Shown here: piece after piece, positions 20,429 through 29,471 of the stretch
How positions within the stretch are numbered: position 1 is the first letter of the stretch
How the letters are laid out: the number at the start of each line of letters is the position of its first letter
Sequence record: LR588166.1
Length of the DNA stretch: 64,000 nucleotides
Strand: one strand, 5' to 3'
Program-made: the position numbers and the translations under genes
Notes under the pieces: generated by a model
What the model was told of the DNA's origin: nothing
The model's database searches: none
Seen by the model: only the letters and a program-made list of their open reading frames with translations

Positions 20429-20626
20429 ATGAAAAAACAAACAGGATTTACAGATTGGCCATTAATTAGTTTGGGTACAATTATTATCTTGTGTGTATGG
20501 GTACTAATTCTACAATACACAGAAATAAATGTACTAGAAGAAAAATGTAACAAAGTAGGTGGTATTTTTAATAACACCGTTTGCATACGGTCAGATGCAG
20601 TTATTAATTTAGATAAGGTAAAATAA
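20429..20626 (+). CDS. small membrane protein with type IV prepilin-like N-terminus
   Basis: GAGG RBS; MKKQTG-FT, hydrophobic helix, QY at mature positions 23-24, C-terminal Cys pair. Confidence 0.7.
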   Translation: MKKQTGFTDWPLISLGTIIILCVWVLILQYTEINVLEEKCNKVGGIFNNTVCIRSDAVINLDKVK

Positions 20627-20627
20627 A

Positions 20628-20885
20628 ATGCCAAAACTTTACGTTAACAAAAAACATGATACCATTTATCTTCAATTAGATCATTTCTCATCTAATACTG
20701 TATCTCCAATTAATTATAACGAAGATGTAGAATATGTAATTGATAGGATCCGTAGTCTGCACAAATCCGGCTTCGGATTTAGTCATATGAATACTCTACA
20801 AGAATATCTTACGGCAAGAACAGAACAGGATAAGAAGTTTAAGCTTAAAGTAGAAGACTTCGAAGTAGTATCATTTAAGATTTAA
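20628..20885 (+). CDS. hypothetical protein
   Basis: 85 aa ORF. Confidence 0.7.
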   Translation: MPKLYVNKKHDTIYLQLDHFSSNTVSPINYNEDVEYVIDRIRSLHKSGFGFSHMNTLQEYLTARTEQDKKFKLKVEDFEVVSFKI

Positions 20886-20906
20886 AATTATACACAATCA
20901 AAGTAT

Positions 20907-20935
20907 TTGACATTTGATGTGTATACTAGTATAAT
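20907..20935 (+). promoter_or_regulatory. consensus sigma70 promoter
   Basis: TTGACA-17-TATAAT, exact. Confidence 0.85.
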
Positions 20936-20941
20936 TTACTC

Positions 20942-21690
20942 ATGCTGTCGTAACAGCTACTTTGTTCCATTCACAAGCAGCTCTGTTCCATTAGTGGATA
21001 TTGGTAGTAGAAACTATCCCCATCGTGCCCACAGTATTGTTCTGTTAGAGACAGATTAAAGCATACAAAAGTGGGTTATTTAAATTATGATTTTGGGTGC
21101 TGAAGTATAGTCGTTAGACAAGGATATGTCTAATGTTGCAAAGGACTATGCGAAACGTATTATATATCTTATCCGATATTAGATATGTAATAAAAGGATG
21201 AAGCTCTGGTAGAAACAGAGTGTAATTCTTGCTTGTATATCACACGGATATACAAAAGAATATACACACCAACTTCAGCATTGATGTAAATTTTCTAGCA
21301 TAGGTATATAACATCGATGTTCCGGGATTCATTGGAAACAATGAGAGAATGATGTAATCTGAGGAAAAAGGTCCCCGCCTCGTCCATATTACGAAATGGT
21401 TTTGAGTACTTATGCCCTCGTCCTATATTGGCATATGGGTTTTATATTTCTCCCGTAATTACGGGAGAATATAATTTCCTGAACCTACTTGGAAATGGAC
21501 GCTTCTGCTGTGCAAAGCACAGCATCTAAGGGCCTTCACCCTTACCGCTAAGAGCAAGAGCAAAAGCAATATAATTACAAATAAGAATTAATTATTGTTT
21601 AGTTTTATCGTAATGAATATGAAGATAAAAACTAAACAATAATTCACATGTAGCGTTAGCTACTGTGAATATCTACTATAGTATTAACCA
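20942..21690 (+). ncRNA. candidate large multi-domain structured ncRNA (~620-750 nt)
   Basis: ORF-free; more than 12 helices, nested long-range pairings, GAAA loop, perfect promoter. Confidence 0.7.
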
Positions 21691-21801
21691 TATATGTATA
21701 CAAGGGCATAATATGGCTGTTACTTGTTGACAATATGATATGTGTGTTACACTTCGTATATTAAATATACATTACAATGTTTTGATTATTAGGAACATAC
21801 T

Positions 21802-22389
21802 ATGTCATTTTCTTTGACTGCTGCTATTAATCGATACACTAGTCTAATAGAAGAAAATTTCAAAATAAATTATCTGAAGCATTTTGAGTCAGGATATATC
21901 TCATATAAATTACTAAGAAATAAAACATTCCTACATACTGAAATATCACATAGACTTGATTATATAAAGGTATTTACTTCTTATACATATGTAGAAAATA
22001 ATGTCAAATTAGATAAAAAATCACCTGTTGTACATTCGTATATTTCTACTACTGAATGCTCTAAATTTAGAGTAGGAGATATAAGAAGAATGTTTTACGA
22101 TTCAATACCTCGTGGAAATGTTTTTAATATTAAAGAGAATACTCAAGTTAGCTGGGCAACAGCTAATATTGGAATTCACGAGAATTCGTTTAATCTTAAT
22201 TATATTTCGAACAATAAGTATATTCGATTAGAAACAGGAGATATATTTGTTTGTATTAATGATAGTATGGTAAATGAACTACAAGAACATATGCATGTTC
22301 ATTCTATATGTACTAACAAAACAAAGAAGTTTTATGTAAGAGAAATTGATTTAAACATGCTACATTACAAAAAACACATTATGGAATAA
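21802..22389 (+). CDS. hypothetical protein
   Basis: 195 aa, AGGA RBS. Confidence 0.8.
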   Translation: MSFSLTAAINRYTSLIEENFKINYLKHFESGYISYKLLRNKTFLHTEISHRLDYIKVFTSYTYVENNVKLDKKSPVVHSYISTTECSKFRVGDIRRMFYDSIPRGNVFNIKENTQVSWATANIGIHENSFNLNYISNNKYIRLETGDIFVCINDSMVNELQEHMHVHSICTNKTKKFYVREIDLNMLHYKKHIME

Positions 22390-22392
22390 AGA

Positions 22393-22941
22393 ATGAACTA
22401 CAAAGCATTAGAAGTATTTTATTTCTTTCTAAAACATTACAAGGTAAATCCGGTAGCCGATTTGGAATTTAAATTCGAACCCTCAGGTAGTGATGACCAA
22501 TCTAAGCGCAAGTCATCACTGTCGTTTGTTAAACGTATTAGTGTTCTTACTCCTTCATTTAACGAATTATACGAAGTTCAAAATCGATTCATGACAGATC
22601 TTCGAGAAATGAATGTAGTATATAAGATAGGATTTAATTATAATGCATTCAACGTATTAGCACCGTTGTATGCAAGATATGAAAAGAATGTAAAAGAATT
22701 TCGTCGACTTTTAAAGAAATACTCAAGTTTCAACGAAGTAACAGAATATTACAAAAAAGCTGACAACATGTTACCTGACAATGTATACGAAACAATGAAG
22801 GAAGATTTTTTATTGTTTAATGACGTTACTACAAAAAGGTTATCTGAAATAAAACTTTGTTATCCTAATTGGCAAGTATGGGATTCTGAACATCCCAACT
22901 GGGAAACAATAAATCAACTTTATAAGAATGCAAAGAAATAA
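22393..22941 (+). CDS. hypothetical protein
   Basis: 182 aa, followed by terminator. Confidence 0.8.
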   Translation: MNYKALEVFYFFLKHYKVNPVADLEFKFEPSGSDDQSKRKSSLSFVKRISVLTPSFNELYEVQNRFMTDLREMNVVYKIGFNYNAFNVLAPLYARYEKNVKEFRRLLKKYSSFNEVTEYYKKADNMLPDNVYETMKEDFLLFNDVTTKRLSEIKLCYPNWQVWDSEHPNWETINQLYKNAKK

Positions 22942-22950
22942 TGCATATTT

Positions 22951-22980
22951 AGAAAGGGAATTATAATTCCCTTTCTTTTT
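22951..22980 (+). terminator. intrinsic terminator
   Basis: AGAAAGGGAATT-AT-AATTCCCTTTCT-TTTT. Confidence 0.8.
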
Positions 22981-23099
22981 GGATCTATATTAGCAAATGC
23001 TAATTAATCTTATTTGCACAAATTTAATCCTATTGTGTTTTCTATTTTGAAGTGCTACATTACGTGTAGTTGCATAAAACTATACACAGGAGAAATGAT

Positions 23100-23648
23100 A
23101 TGTGGGATATCAAAGAAGGGGATGATATCGAAGTCGAAGCAGTTATGGATGAACGAAGCTATGAGTGGACCGGCAAGTTACGTATCATCCAGTATCGGAC
23201 CCTTCAATCAGCTCAGTGGCGTGTTATTATCAATATAGTAGAATTTTGGAGTCATTCTACTGAAAGTATACTGAACGAACTTGGTATAGAAGCTAAACAC
23301 ATCACTAAAGGATATGCCACACTTAGTATGGTTCGTTTCCCGGATGTTGATTACCTATTTAGTGTAACACCCGATAATGCAGATTATGTAACTGTTAACC
23401 ACAGTGCAGTAGATATTTCTGACAGTTGGTTTGTTGCAAAAAACATAAAAGCAGTTATGTATCATTTGGGATCAGAAATCCAGATCACTCCGTGGTTTGT
23501 GCGTAAAGATAGTAGCGAGTCAAATTTCAATTGTATTGATAGATTAGTAGCTCTAGTAAAAGAGAATACTGATGTTGACACGTATCAGTACATCAAAGTA
23601 GGTTGTCCCGAGGACAAGTCATTTTACTTTGCGTGGATAGACAAATAA
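23100..23648 (+). CDS. hypothetical protein
   Basis: AGGAG RBS before ATG 23100. Confidence 0.8.
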   Translation: MWDIKEGDDIEVEAVMDERSYEWTGKLRIIQYRTLQSAQWRVIINIVEFWSHSTESILNELGIEAKHITKGYATLSMVRFPDVDYLFSVTPDNADYVTVNHSAVDISDSWFVAKNIKAVMYHLGSEIQITPWFVRKDSSESNFNCIDRLVALVKENTDVDTYQYIKVGCPEDKSFYFAWIDK

Positions 23649-23774
23649 TTCGTTTGCTATGCGTACTAATACGTTGTATACTGTTAGTACGTATAGCAAA
23701 AGTAACATATAACGTTTTGATTTAAGGGAACCATAACATAAAAAAGAATTTGAATTGAGGTGCCCTACGAGTAG

Positions 23775-24269
23775 GTGTTCGAGATGGAGCAAATAGTGAA
23801 TATGCGAGAAGTGACATTTCTTTCCGCAGTGGATGCCAGCAAGATCGAGACGCCGAGCAACGTCATCAGCATCGGCAGCAAGGGTGATTGGTATGCCTTT
23901 GCCTGCGATCACAAGCGCGTTCTGCGGCTGGAGTTTGATGACGTAGACGGATACGTGGGAAGCGATGGCTTTCGAGTGTTCAGCCACATTGACGCCAAGC
24001 AGATCCACGACTTCGTGAACGAGTGTGGTGATGAACCGATCATTGTTCACTGCCAAGCAGGCATGAGCCGATCCGCTGCGGTTGCCAAGTTCCTGGCTGA
24101 CAAGCGCGGCTACACGTTGAACCTGTCGAAGCCTTGCCTTGGAACCACGCAATTCTACAACCGCCACGTCTACGGAACGTTGAACCTCAACGACGCCGAA
24201 AGCATGAGCGCCTATTACGCAGAGATGGAGCTAGCCGACCGGCTGCGCGGCCATCCAAAGGAGTCCTAA
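23775..24269 (+). CDS. protein-tyrosine/dual-specificity phosphatase-like protein
   Basis: IIVHCQAGMSRS = HCX5R(S/T) P-loop; GC-rich. Confidence 0.85.
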   Translation: MFEMEQIVNMREVTFLSAVDASKIETPSNVISIGSKGDWYAFACDHKRVLRLEFDDVDGYVGSDGFRVFSHIDAKQIHDFVNECGDEPIIVHCQAGMSRSAAVAKFLADKRGYTLNLSKPCLGTTQFYNRHVYGTLNLNDAESMSAYYAEMELADRLRGHPKES

Positions 24270-24271
24270 TC

Positions 24272-24571
24272 ATGCCTGACATGAGAGAAGAGTTTGAAGC
24301 CGCAATCTTTGCGGAAGTGAATGAACAGCGGGCTGCTGAAGGTGAATTTGTCCTTCAGCATCCAGAAGGGCTATTTGCCCGCGATGACGATGGCTCCTAC
24401 TTGATCCGTTGGGTCAAGAGCGCATGGTGGGCCTGGCAAGCCAGCCGCGCAGCTCTGAGAGTGGAGTTGCCGAAACCTCACCCTGCATTTGAGTACGCAC
24501 CTAGAGCCAAGGTTTTCAATATAACTGACGTTGAGGTAGCCCTCCAGCAAGCCGGAATCGAGGTGAAGTGA
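24272..24571 (+). CDS. Pseudomonas prophage-type hypothetical protein
   Basis: AAGGAG RBS; MREEFEA...AWWAWQASRAALRVELP pattern. Confidence 0.8.
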   Translation: MPDMREEFEAAIFAEVNEQRAAEGEFVLQHPEGLFARDDDGSYLIRWVKSAWWAWQASRAALRVELPKPHPAFEYAPRAKVFNITDVEVALQQAGIEVK

Positions 24572-24718
24572 ATGAGAACGCCCATCTTCATCGGCGGATC
24601 AATTGGCATAGGAATCGCCTATCTGATGAATCCTGAATATCCCGCTATCGCGCTTGCAATGGTGTTTAGCGCGGGTACCTCATTGTTCATTCACTATCTA
24701 TCTGAGGTATGGCCATGA
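24572..24718 (+). CDS. small membrane protein (48 aa)
   Basis: Hand translation MRTPIFIGGSIGIGIAYL...; coupled at both ends. Confidence 0.6.
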   Translation: MRTPIFIGGSIGIGIAYLMNPEYPAIALAMVFSAGTSLFIHYLSEVWP

Positions 24719-24789
24719 CCGACCACGCAGAGCTGCGGAGGCTGGCTAAAGAAGTGATCCGAATTGAACGAAATGAGGATGCAGCATGA
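24715..24789 (+). pseudogene. truncated Ead/Ea22-like N-terminus (24 aa)
   Basis: MTDHAELRRLAKEV... then stop overlapping the next ATG. Confidence 0.4.
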
Positions 24790-25322
24790 GCATTGACTGG
24801 ACCAAGGCACCAGAGGGTGCGACGCACTACCAACCGGAATCACGCGGCTTCCATGCGGCATGGTTCCGACTTCAAGGGGGGAAGGCTCGCGAAATGTGGG
24901 TCGTGAGACCCAGCCGCGCGCTTGAGCACATCATCGATCCGACTGTCTTCGACGAGAGCATGCAGAACCTGATCGCCCGCCCCGTAGAAGCTGCCACCTG
25001 GAACGGCCAGGGTCTACCGCCGGTTGGCCTGATGGTGGAGTGGAAGGCAGGCCTTGATCACGACTGGCAGCGCGTAACTGTGCTTGCCTACGCCAATGGC
25101 GACGCGTGGTTTCAGCCCGAGGATGGCCCGTCTTTCATCGTCGGCAACCCGGCAAACTTCAGGCGTATCCGCACCCCCGAGCAGTTGGCCGCCGAGGAGC
25201 GGGAAAAGGCGATTAATCAGATGATTTCTGATGCTGGATACGTAGATCCGAAGATTGGCACATTTGTGGCTATGCGCAATCTCTACGACGCCGGCTACCG
25301 GCGCCGGGAGGAAGGGAAATGA
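24786..25322 (+). CDS. Pseudomonas phage hypothetical protein (MSIDWTKAPEGATHY family)
   Basis: Characteristic N-terminus and GLPPVG / RTPEQLAAEERE segments. Confidence 0.85.
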   Translation: MSIDWTKAPEGATHYQPESRGFHAAWFRLQGGKAREMWVVRPSRALEHIIDPTVFDESMQNLIARPVEAATWNGQGLPPVGLMVEWKAGLDHDWQRVTVLAYANGDAWFQPEDGPSFIVGNPANFRRIRTPEQLAAEEREKAINQMISDAGYVDPKIGTFVAMRNLYDAGYRRREEGK

Positions 25323-25585
25323 GCAGACTGACCGCTGAGCAAGCCCGTGACATAGCGCGAGCGAAAGACGATGTCGATACTATCCTCAACGACATCGCCA
25401 AAGCAGCCGCAGAAGGAAAGTACGTGTACACTACCCGCGCCTATGGGTTCGGCACAGGCGGCGGGCGGCGCAGCGACGCGATCCTCAAAGTGTTGCGTAG
25501 CCTCGGCTACGACTGTGCGGTGCATGCTGAGGGACGCCAGTCTGTTGACCTGTGGCTTGAAGTGAAATGGGGAGACAAGCCATGA
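25319..25585 (+). CDS. hypothetical protein
   Basis: ATGA overlap, GC-rich codons. Confidence 0.8.
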   Translation: MSRLTAEQARDIARAKDDVDTILNDIAKAAAEGKYVYTTRAYGFGTGGGRRSDAILKVLRSLGYDCAVHAEGRQSVDLWLEVKWGDKP

Positions 25586-25944
25586 CTGACACCAACGAAA
25601 TAAAAAAGCTAGCAAAACTGGCTACGCCGGGTCCGTGGTATGCGTCCTGGGAGGAAGGCGATGATATTGCATGGTCGAATCTGTTTCCTGTAATCCGAGC
25701 AGGCAATGGCGAAGTCGTGATCGGTAACGAAGGCTTTTACAGCGATCTGGACCAGGATAAGGCTAACGCCACTTTCTGTGCTGCTGCCAATCCCCGAGCC
25801 GTCCTAGACTTGCTGGACGAGAACGACAGACTAAAAAAGGAGAACGATGAACTTCGTCACCTTTGCTCCTGCGCTAAGCAATATAACCTCAGCATGACAC
25901 TGCGCAGAATGATTGACGCAGTCCTTAAAAGAGACAAGCCATGA
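25582..25944 (+). CDS. Ead/Ea22-like family protein
   Basis: LAKLATPGPW ... AAANPRAVLDLLDE. Confidence 0.8.
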   Translation: MTDTNEIKKLAKLATPGPWYASWEEGDDIAWSNLFPVIRAGNGEVVIGNEGFYSDLDQDKANATFCAAANPRAVLDLLDENDRLKKENDELRHLCSCAKQYNLSMTLRRMIDAVLKRDKP

Positions 25945-26129
25945 CCGACATTAAAAAGCTGAAGGAGTTAGCGGAACGGGCTACTCCTGGTCCCTGGTCT
26001 GCGTCTTGGAAGGAAGGCGATGACCATTTGGGGCGAATTGCTTACTTCGTGTCAACTGGTCAATACAACATCACAAAAGAAACAGTCTTCGACATAGTGA
26101 ATGTGGTTCCCGAAAATGTGTGCTCCTGA
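25941..26129 (+). pseudogene. second Ead/Ea22-like copy, short or frameshifted
   Basis: LKELAERATPGPW N-terminus, early stop, lacks ANP..VL.LLDE C-terminus. Confidence 0.45.
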
Positions 26130-26271
26130 CGCATCTACAGCATGGGAGGCTGCCTTTGTGTTTTTCACACTCGCAGGAGGACCATTGCTTTGCTGTATTG
26201 CAATTCTTCTAGCGCCGGAGCCATGCCGACAGACCAAACACACCCAGCGATAAGCGGGAAGAGAGGAATCC

Positions 26272-26376
26272 ATGCTAACCCTTTTTGATTTTGTTGCAAT
26301 GTGGGGGATTCTGCTTCTGACGATGTTTTTGCCTATCCGTCAGAAGCGTCGCCTTATTCAACTGCAAGACGCCTAA
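26272..26376 (+). CDS. 34 aa membrane peptide
   Basis: GAGG RBS; MLTLFDFVAMWGILLLTMFLPIRQKRR. Confidence 0.55.
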   Translation: MLTLFDFVAMWGILLLTMFLPIRQKRRLIQLQDA

Positions 26377-26392
26377 CAGGTAGGAGAACAGA

Positions 26393-26680
26393 ATGAGCAT
26401 CGTTAAAGTTGCCACTTTCCGAAACGCTGTCGCCCACCTTTTCCGCGTGGTCAATGTCGACTATCACGCTTGCGTGCGCCCGGCTGAGCTGCGCAACTGG
26501 CAAAGCATCGCTATCCGCGTTCTAGCCGAAGTCAATGCTCTAGAATGCAAGCGAGCCAACCAGGATGACCGTGATTACCAGCGCTGCACTGTTGATGCTG
26601 CCCGCGAACGTATAAGCCAAGCCGACTTGCGGCTCGCCCAGCTCGAAGCTGCCGGTGACCTCAAAGAAGACAAGAAATAA
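26393..26680 (+). CDS. hypothetical protein
   Basis: AGGAG RBS; host-like codons. Confidence 0.8.
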   Translation: MSIVKVATFRNAVAHLFRVVNVDYHACVRPAELRNWQSIAIRVLAEVNALECKRANQDDRDYQRCTVDAARERISQADLRLAQLEAAGDLKEDKK

Positions 26681-26733
26681 TTGAAGTAAAGTGAAAGAAA
26701 TATCATTATGATCTACCGGAAGGAGCAGCATAC

Positions 26734-26964
26734 ATGAGCCTTAAATATAACGGATATGTCTTTAACATCGGTATCCATGGCCAAAACGAAGCTATTAGTG
26801 AATACGCCTATCCCACTGATGATCCCGAAAGTGATAAAAAGAAAGCTTTTTTGGCTGCAATGGCAAAATTCGTCGAATCAGACGATTTCGAGAAATTTAC
26901 TAATCAAATGTATAACAATTTCTCGATTAATGTCCAAGCACTAGTTTCTACGTCTACAGAGTAA
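26734..26964 (+). CDS. hypothetical protein
   Basis: AGGAG RBS. Confidence 0.75.
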   Translation: MSLKYNGYVFNIGIHGQNEAISEYAYPTDDPESDKKKAFLAAMAKFVESDDFEKFTNQMYNNFSINVQALVSTSTE

Positions 26965-26969
26965 ATTTT

Positions 26970-27023
26970 CAGTATTGATGCTGATATAGACTATTTCAGT
27001 TTCTTGTATCAGCATCAATACTG
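26970..27023. repeat. perfect 17-bp inverted repeat
   Basis: CAGTATTGATGCTGATA / TATCAGCATCAATACTG. Confidence 0.8.
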
Positions 27024-27165
27024 CAGAAAATAAAGAATAGTTAATTCCAGTTCTTTGTTCCTGCATTAAATGATAATAAAGAAGGTATGACTACTTTGTC
27101 TTTGATGCTAAGTAGCCATTATCTTATGATAACTACAAGAATATCAACGAGCTATTAAAAAATAA

Positions 27166-27342
27166 ATGAATATCTTAAAACATATATATTGGGCTGTGCG
27201 TTATGGTGATTGGAATATAGGATGGGATCCGACTTGGGGTAGCAAACCTGATGAACCTTTTATTTGGTGTAAGCCGATATATTATGACGGACATCATTGC
27301 TACCTGCGAGTAGGCTACTTTTGGATAGGAGTAACATACTAA
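27166..27342 (+). CDS. Trp-rich 58 aa phage protein
   Basis: Hand translation ...IYYDGHHCYLRVGYFWIG. Confidence 0.6.
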   Translation: MNILKHIYWAVRYGDWNIGWDPTWGSKPDEPFIWCKPIYYDGHHCYLRVGYFWIGVTY

Positions 27343-27583
27343 CATTTACAATATATCTATAAAAGAATATATTAGTAATACAGTTGTTAAATTGCAAACA
27401 CTAATTAATCTTATTTGCATTTGCTATCTTGTATAGTAGAAACGATTTCTAAACATGGATACGAGATAGAAAACTTAGATAGGATCTCTGTTACAAATTT
27501 TTGAGTTACAATACATAGTAGTTTTGCTATTATGTGTTTATAGAAGTTTAATAACAGAATTAAAACATAAAGGATTGTCCGTC

Positions 27584-27925
27584 ATGAAAAGTTACGCAAA
27601 GTTTTATGTAGGAACAAACATTTATGATGCCGAAGTGCCGGATTTAGACATAAACATGCCAGATGCAGAACTTTTCGAAGTAGCATTGCATCAAATGGCA
27701 GTACAGTGGTCTAGCACTGCCGGGCATCCGCATCACAAGGATGCAATGCGTAAAGACGGCAAGGTAGCCCGGAGTAAAGAACGGGTGTATATTCGCGGCA
27801 ACGGCTGGTCCATTTCGTTACATAGTCCTGAATTTGTAGAAAAACATTCGGCATACCTTGCCGCAGCGGAGTGGAAACTACTAACAGATTTGCTTGTATT
27901 TGACACTTGCTGGAACGCTAATTAG
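27584..27925 (+). CDS. hypothetical protein
   Basis: AAGGA RBS before ATG 27584. Confidence 0.75.
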   Translation: MKSYAKFYVGTNIYDAEVPDLDINMPDAELFEVALHQMAVQWSSTAGHPHHKDAMRKDGKVARSKERVYIRGNGWSISLHSPEFVEKHSAYLAAAEWKLLTDLLVFDTCWNAN

Positions 27926-27952
27926 TAATTCTCTTTACACAGGAGAACGGTA

Positions 27953-28285
27953 ATGAATACCATCAGTGTAAGAAATATGCGTTATATTGTACGTGGTTTT
28001 GTTACTCATGCAATTGCCCGGGGCTATTCAGTTTCCGTTTATGAAGGGGGTGATTGGGCGATCAAGAAGAGTACTTCTGTAAAAGATATTATGAATTCTA
28101 TCATGTCTACCGACAGTGATACATTCTGTATTTATAATGCAGAGAAGGTGAAGGTAGGTCATGTGTATTGCATTTATTGCAATAGTGATTACGAAGTTAT
28201 TGCAGATTACACCGATTCCCCTCTTATGCAATCGATTCTCGTCGAAGCTCTACGTAGAGCAAATCGAATAGAAGAACTGAGCTGA
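27953..28285 (+). CDS. conserved phage early hypothetical protein
   Basis: AGGAG RBS; terminator at 28287-28317. Confidence 0.8.
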   Translation: MNTISVRNMRYIVRGFVTHAIARGYSVSVYEGGDWAIKKSTSVKDIMNSIMSTDSDTFCIYNAEKVKVGHVYCIYCNSDYEVIADYTDSPLMQSILVEALRRANRIEELS

Positions 28286-28390
28286 GAAAAAGAAGCAGGA
28301 ATTATTCCTGCTTCTTTTGTATGTTACAAGTTAAACAAGATTAATTTGCATTTGCTATGTAATAATATTTTCTATTGAATTAAATATTAT

Positions 28391-28627
28391 ATGTGTTACT
28401 ATATGCACAATGCTGTTAAACAAAGCGATAAATTAATAGCTATGGCAAATAAATTACATATCATCTGTGCAAAATGTGGTAGCACTCTTATAAACATAAA
28501 AATACCAAAAGTATGTGCAGATGATCCATTAAATGTAGTATATTTTTCGTGCGAAAACTGTAAGGAACTTACAGGCATATACGAATGGGCAGAAACAAAT
28601 AATCGCAAAGTAGTTGACGATAGGTAA
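28391..28627 (+). CDS. small zinc-finger-like protein
   Basis: CAKC ... CENC pairs. Confidence 0.65.
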   Translation: MCYYMHNAVKQSDKLIAMANKLHIICAKCGSTLINIKIPKVCADDPLNVVYFSCENCKELTGIYEWAETNNRKVVDDR

Positions 28628-28634
28628 GAAGTAA

Positions 28635-28940
28635 ATGGAAGCATATACAGATTGCCCTATCCTAATGATCGGTGATGTTCCGAACGAAGAAGCACCTATA
28701 AGAAAAATAATTATAAAAGGTTATGATTTTAAATATATCTGGGCAGTATACCATTATATGGATTTAATTCCTATAAGGGTTCAGATAAAACGCTGTTATG
28801 TGTACGAAACTCCGGGTAGAGTAGGTTATGTAAAATCTATTAGAGAAGAAGTATTAAGAAAACGCAAAAAGAAACAACGTGACATATATGAATACGATAC
28901 ATATCAAGATGAAGACGATTTTTGGAAAGGAATGTATTAA
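28635..28940 (+). CDS. conserved phage hypothetical protein
   Basis: AYTD.P...GD....APIR...GYD pattern. Confidence 0.75.
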   Translation: MEAYTDCPILMIGDVPNEEAPIRKIIIKGYDFKYIWAVYHYMDLIPIRVQIKRCYVYETPGRVGYVKSIREEVLRKRKKKQRDIYEYDTYQDEDDFWKGMY

Positions 28941-28941
28941 A

Positions 28942-29235
28942 ATGCATAATACCCGTATTGTTGTTCGACTCAATGTTATCACTCCTATTTCAACTGCTAA
29001 TGGCGTTGTAGTTGATTCGGTAGTCCGCGGACATCGAGCAGGCATTAAGCAAGGCAAACAAATGTATCATGTTTATTCTATTCAAACAGGCGAGTATCTC
29101 GGTTTGAAATCAGAAGACGACGTAAGCGAAATTAAACCGTCTTCGTATGAAGAATTTCTTACTCCGAGAACACTTACTTCGACCGAAGTAGAACAAATTA
29201 AATCTTCTTTCGAATGGTACGAAGCTAACGTTTGA
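28942..29235 (+). CDS. hypothetical protein
   Basis: ATG at 28942; terminator at 29240-29262. Confidence 0.75.
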   Translation: MHNTRIVVRLNVITPISTANGVVVDSVVRGHRAGIKQGKQMYHVYSIQTGEYLGLKSEDDVSEIKPSSYEEFLTPRTLTSTEVEQIKSSFEWYEANV

Positions 29236-29471
29236 TAATAAAGGGGGAATTATCCCCCTTTTATTTTTCTTTTATAAACATAAATAATTCGCATTTGCAC
29301 CGAAGATGCTTTATAACGCATAAATTTACATAGCTAATACATACATATTGCTAACGTTAAAAAGCGCGTTATATAGCTTATAATTGCATATTGTGCAATG
29401 CATTTGTTGGTGTTATATTAAACATGCGCAACAATCAACTATACAAAAACATTTATTATGGAGATACAACA

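Noticed and set aside
21100-21150. Group I intron P7 (TATAGTC / GACTAT)
   Set aside because: Elements are in the reverse order for a group I core and no interrupted gene flanks them
21360-21385. RNase P RNA (GAGGAAA..GTCC)
   Set aside because: Spacing differs and no matching 3' P4 strand was found
21359-21400. Hammerhead ribozyme (CTGAGGA...GAAA; also CTGACGA/CTGAGGA near 16516 and 16559)
   Set aside because: No stem II with correct closing pair between CUGANGA and GAAA
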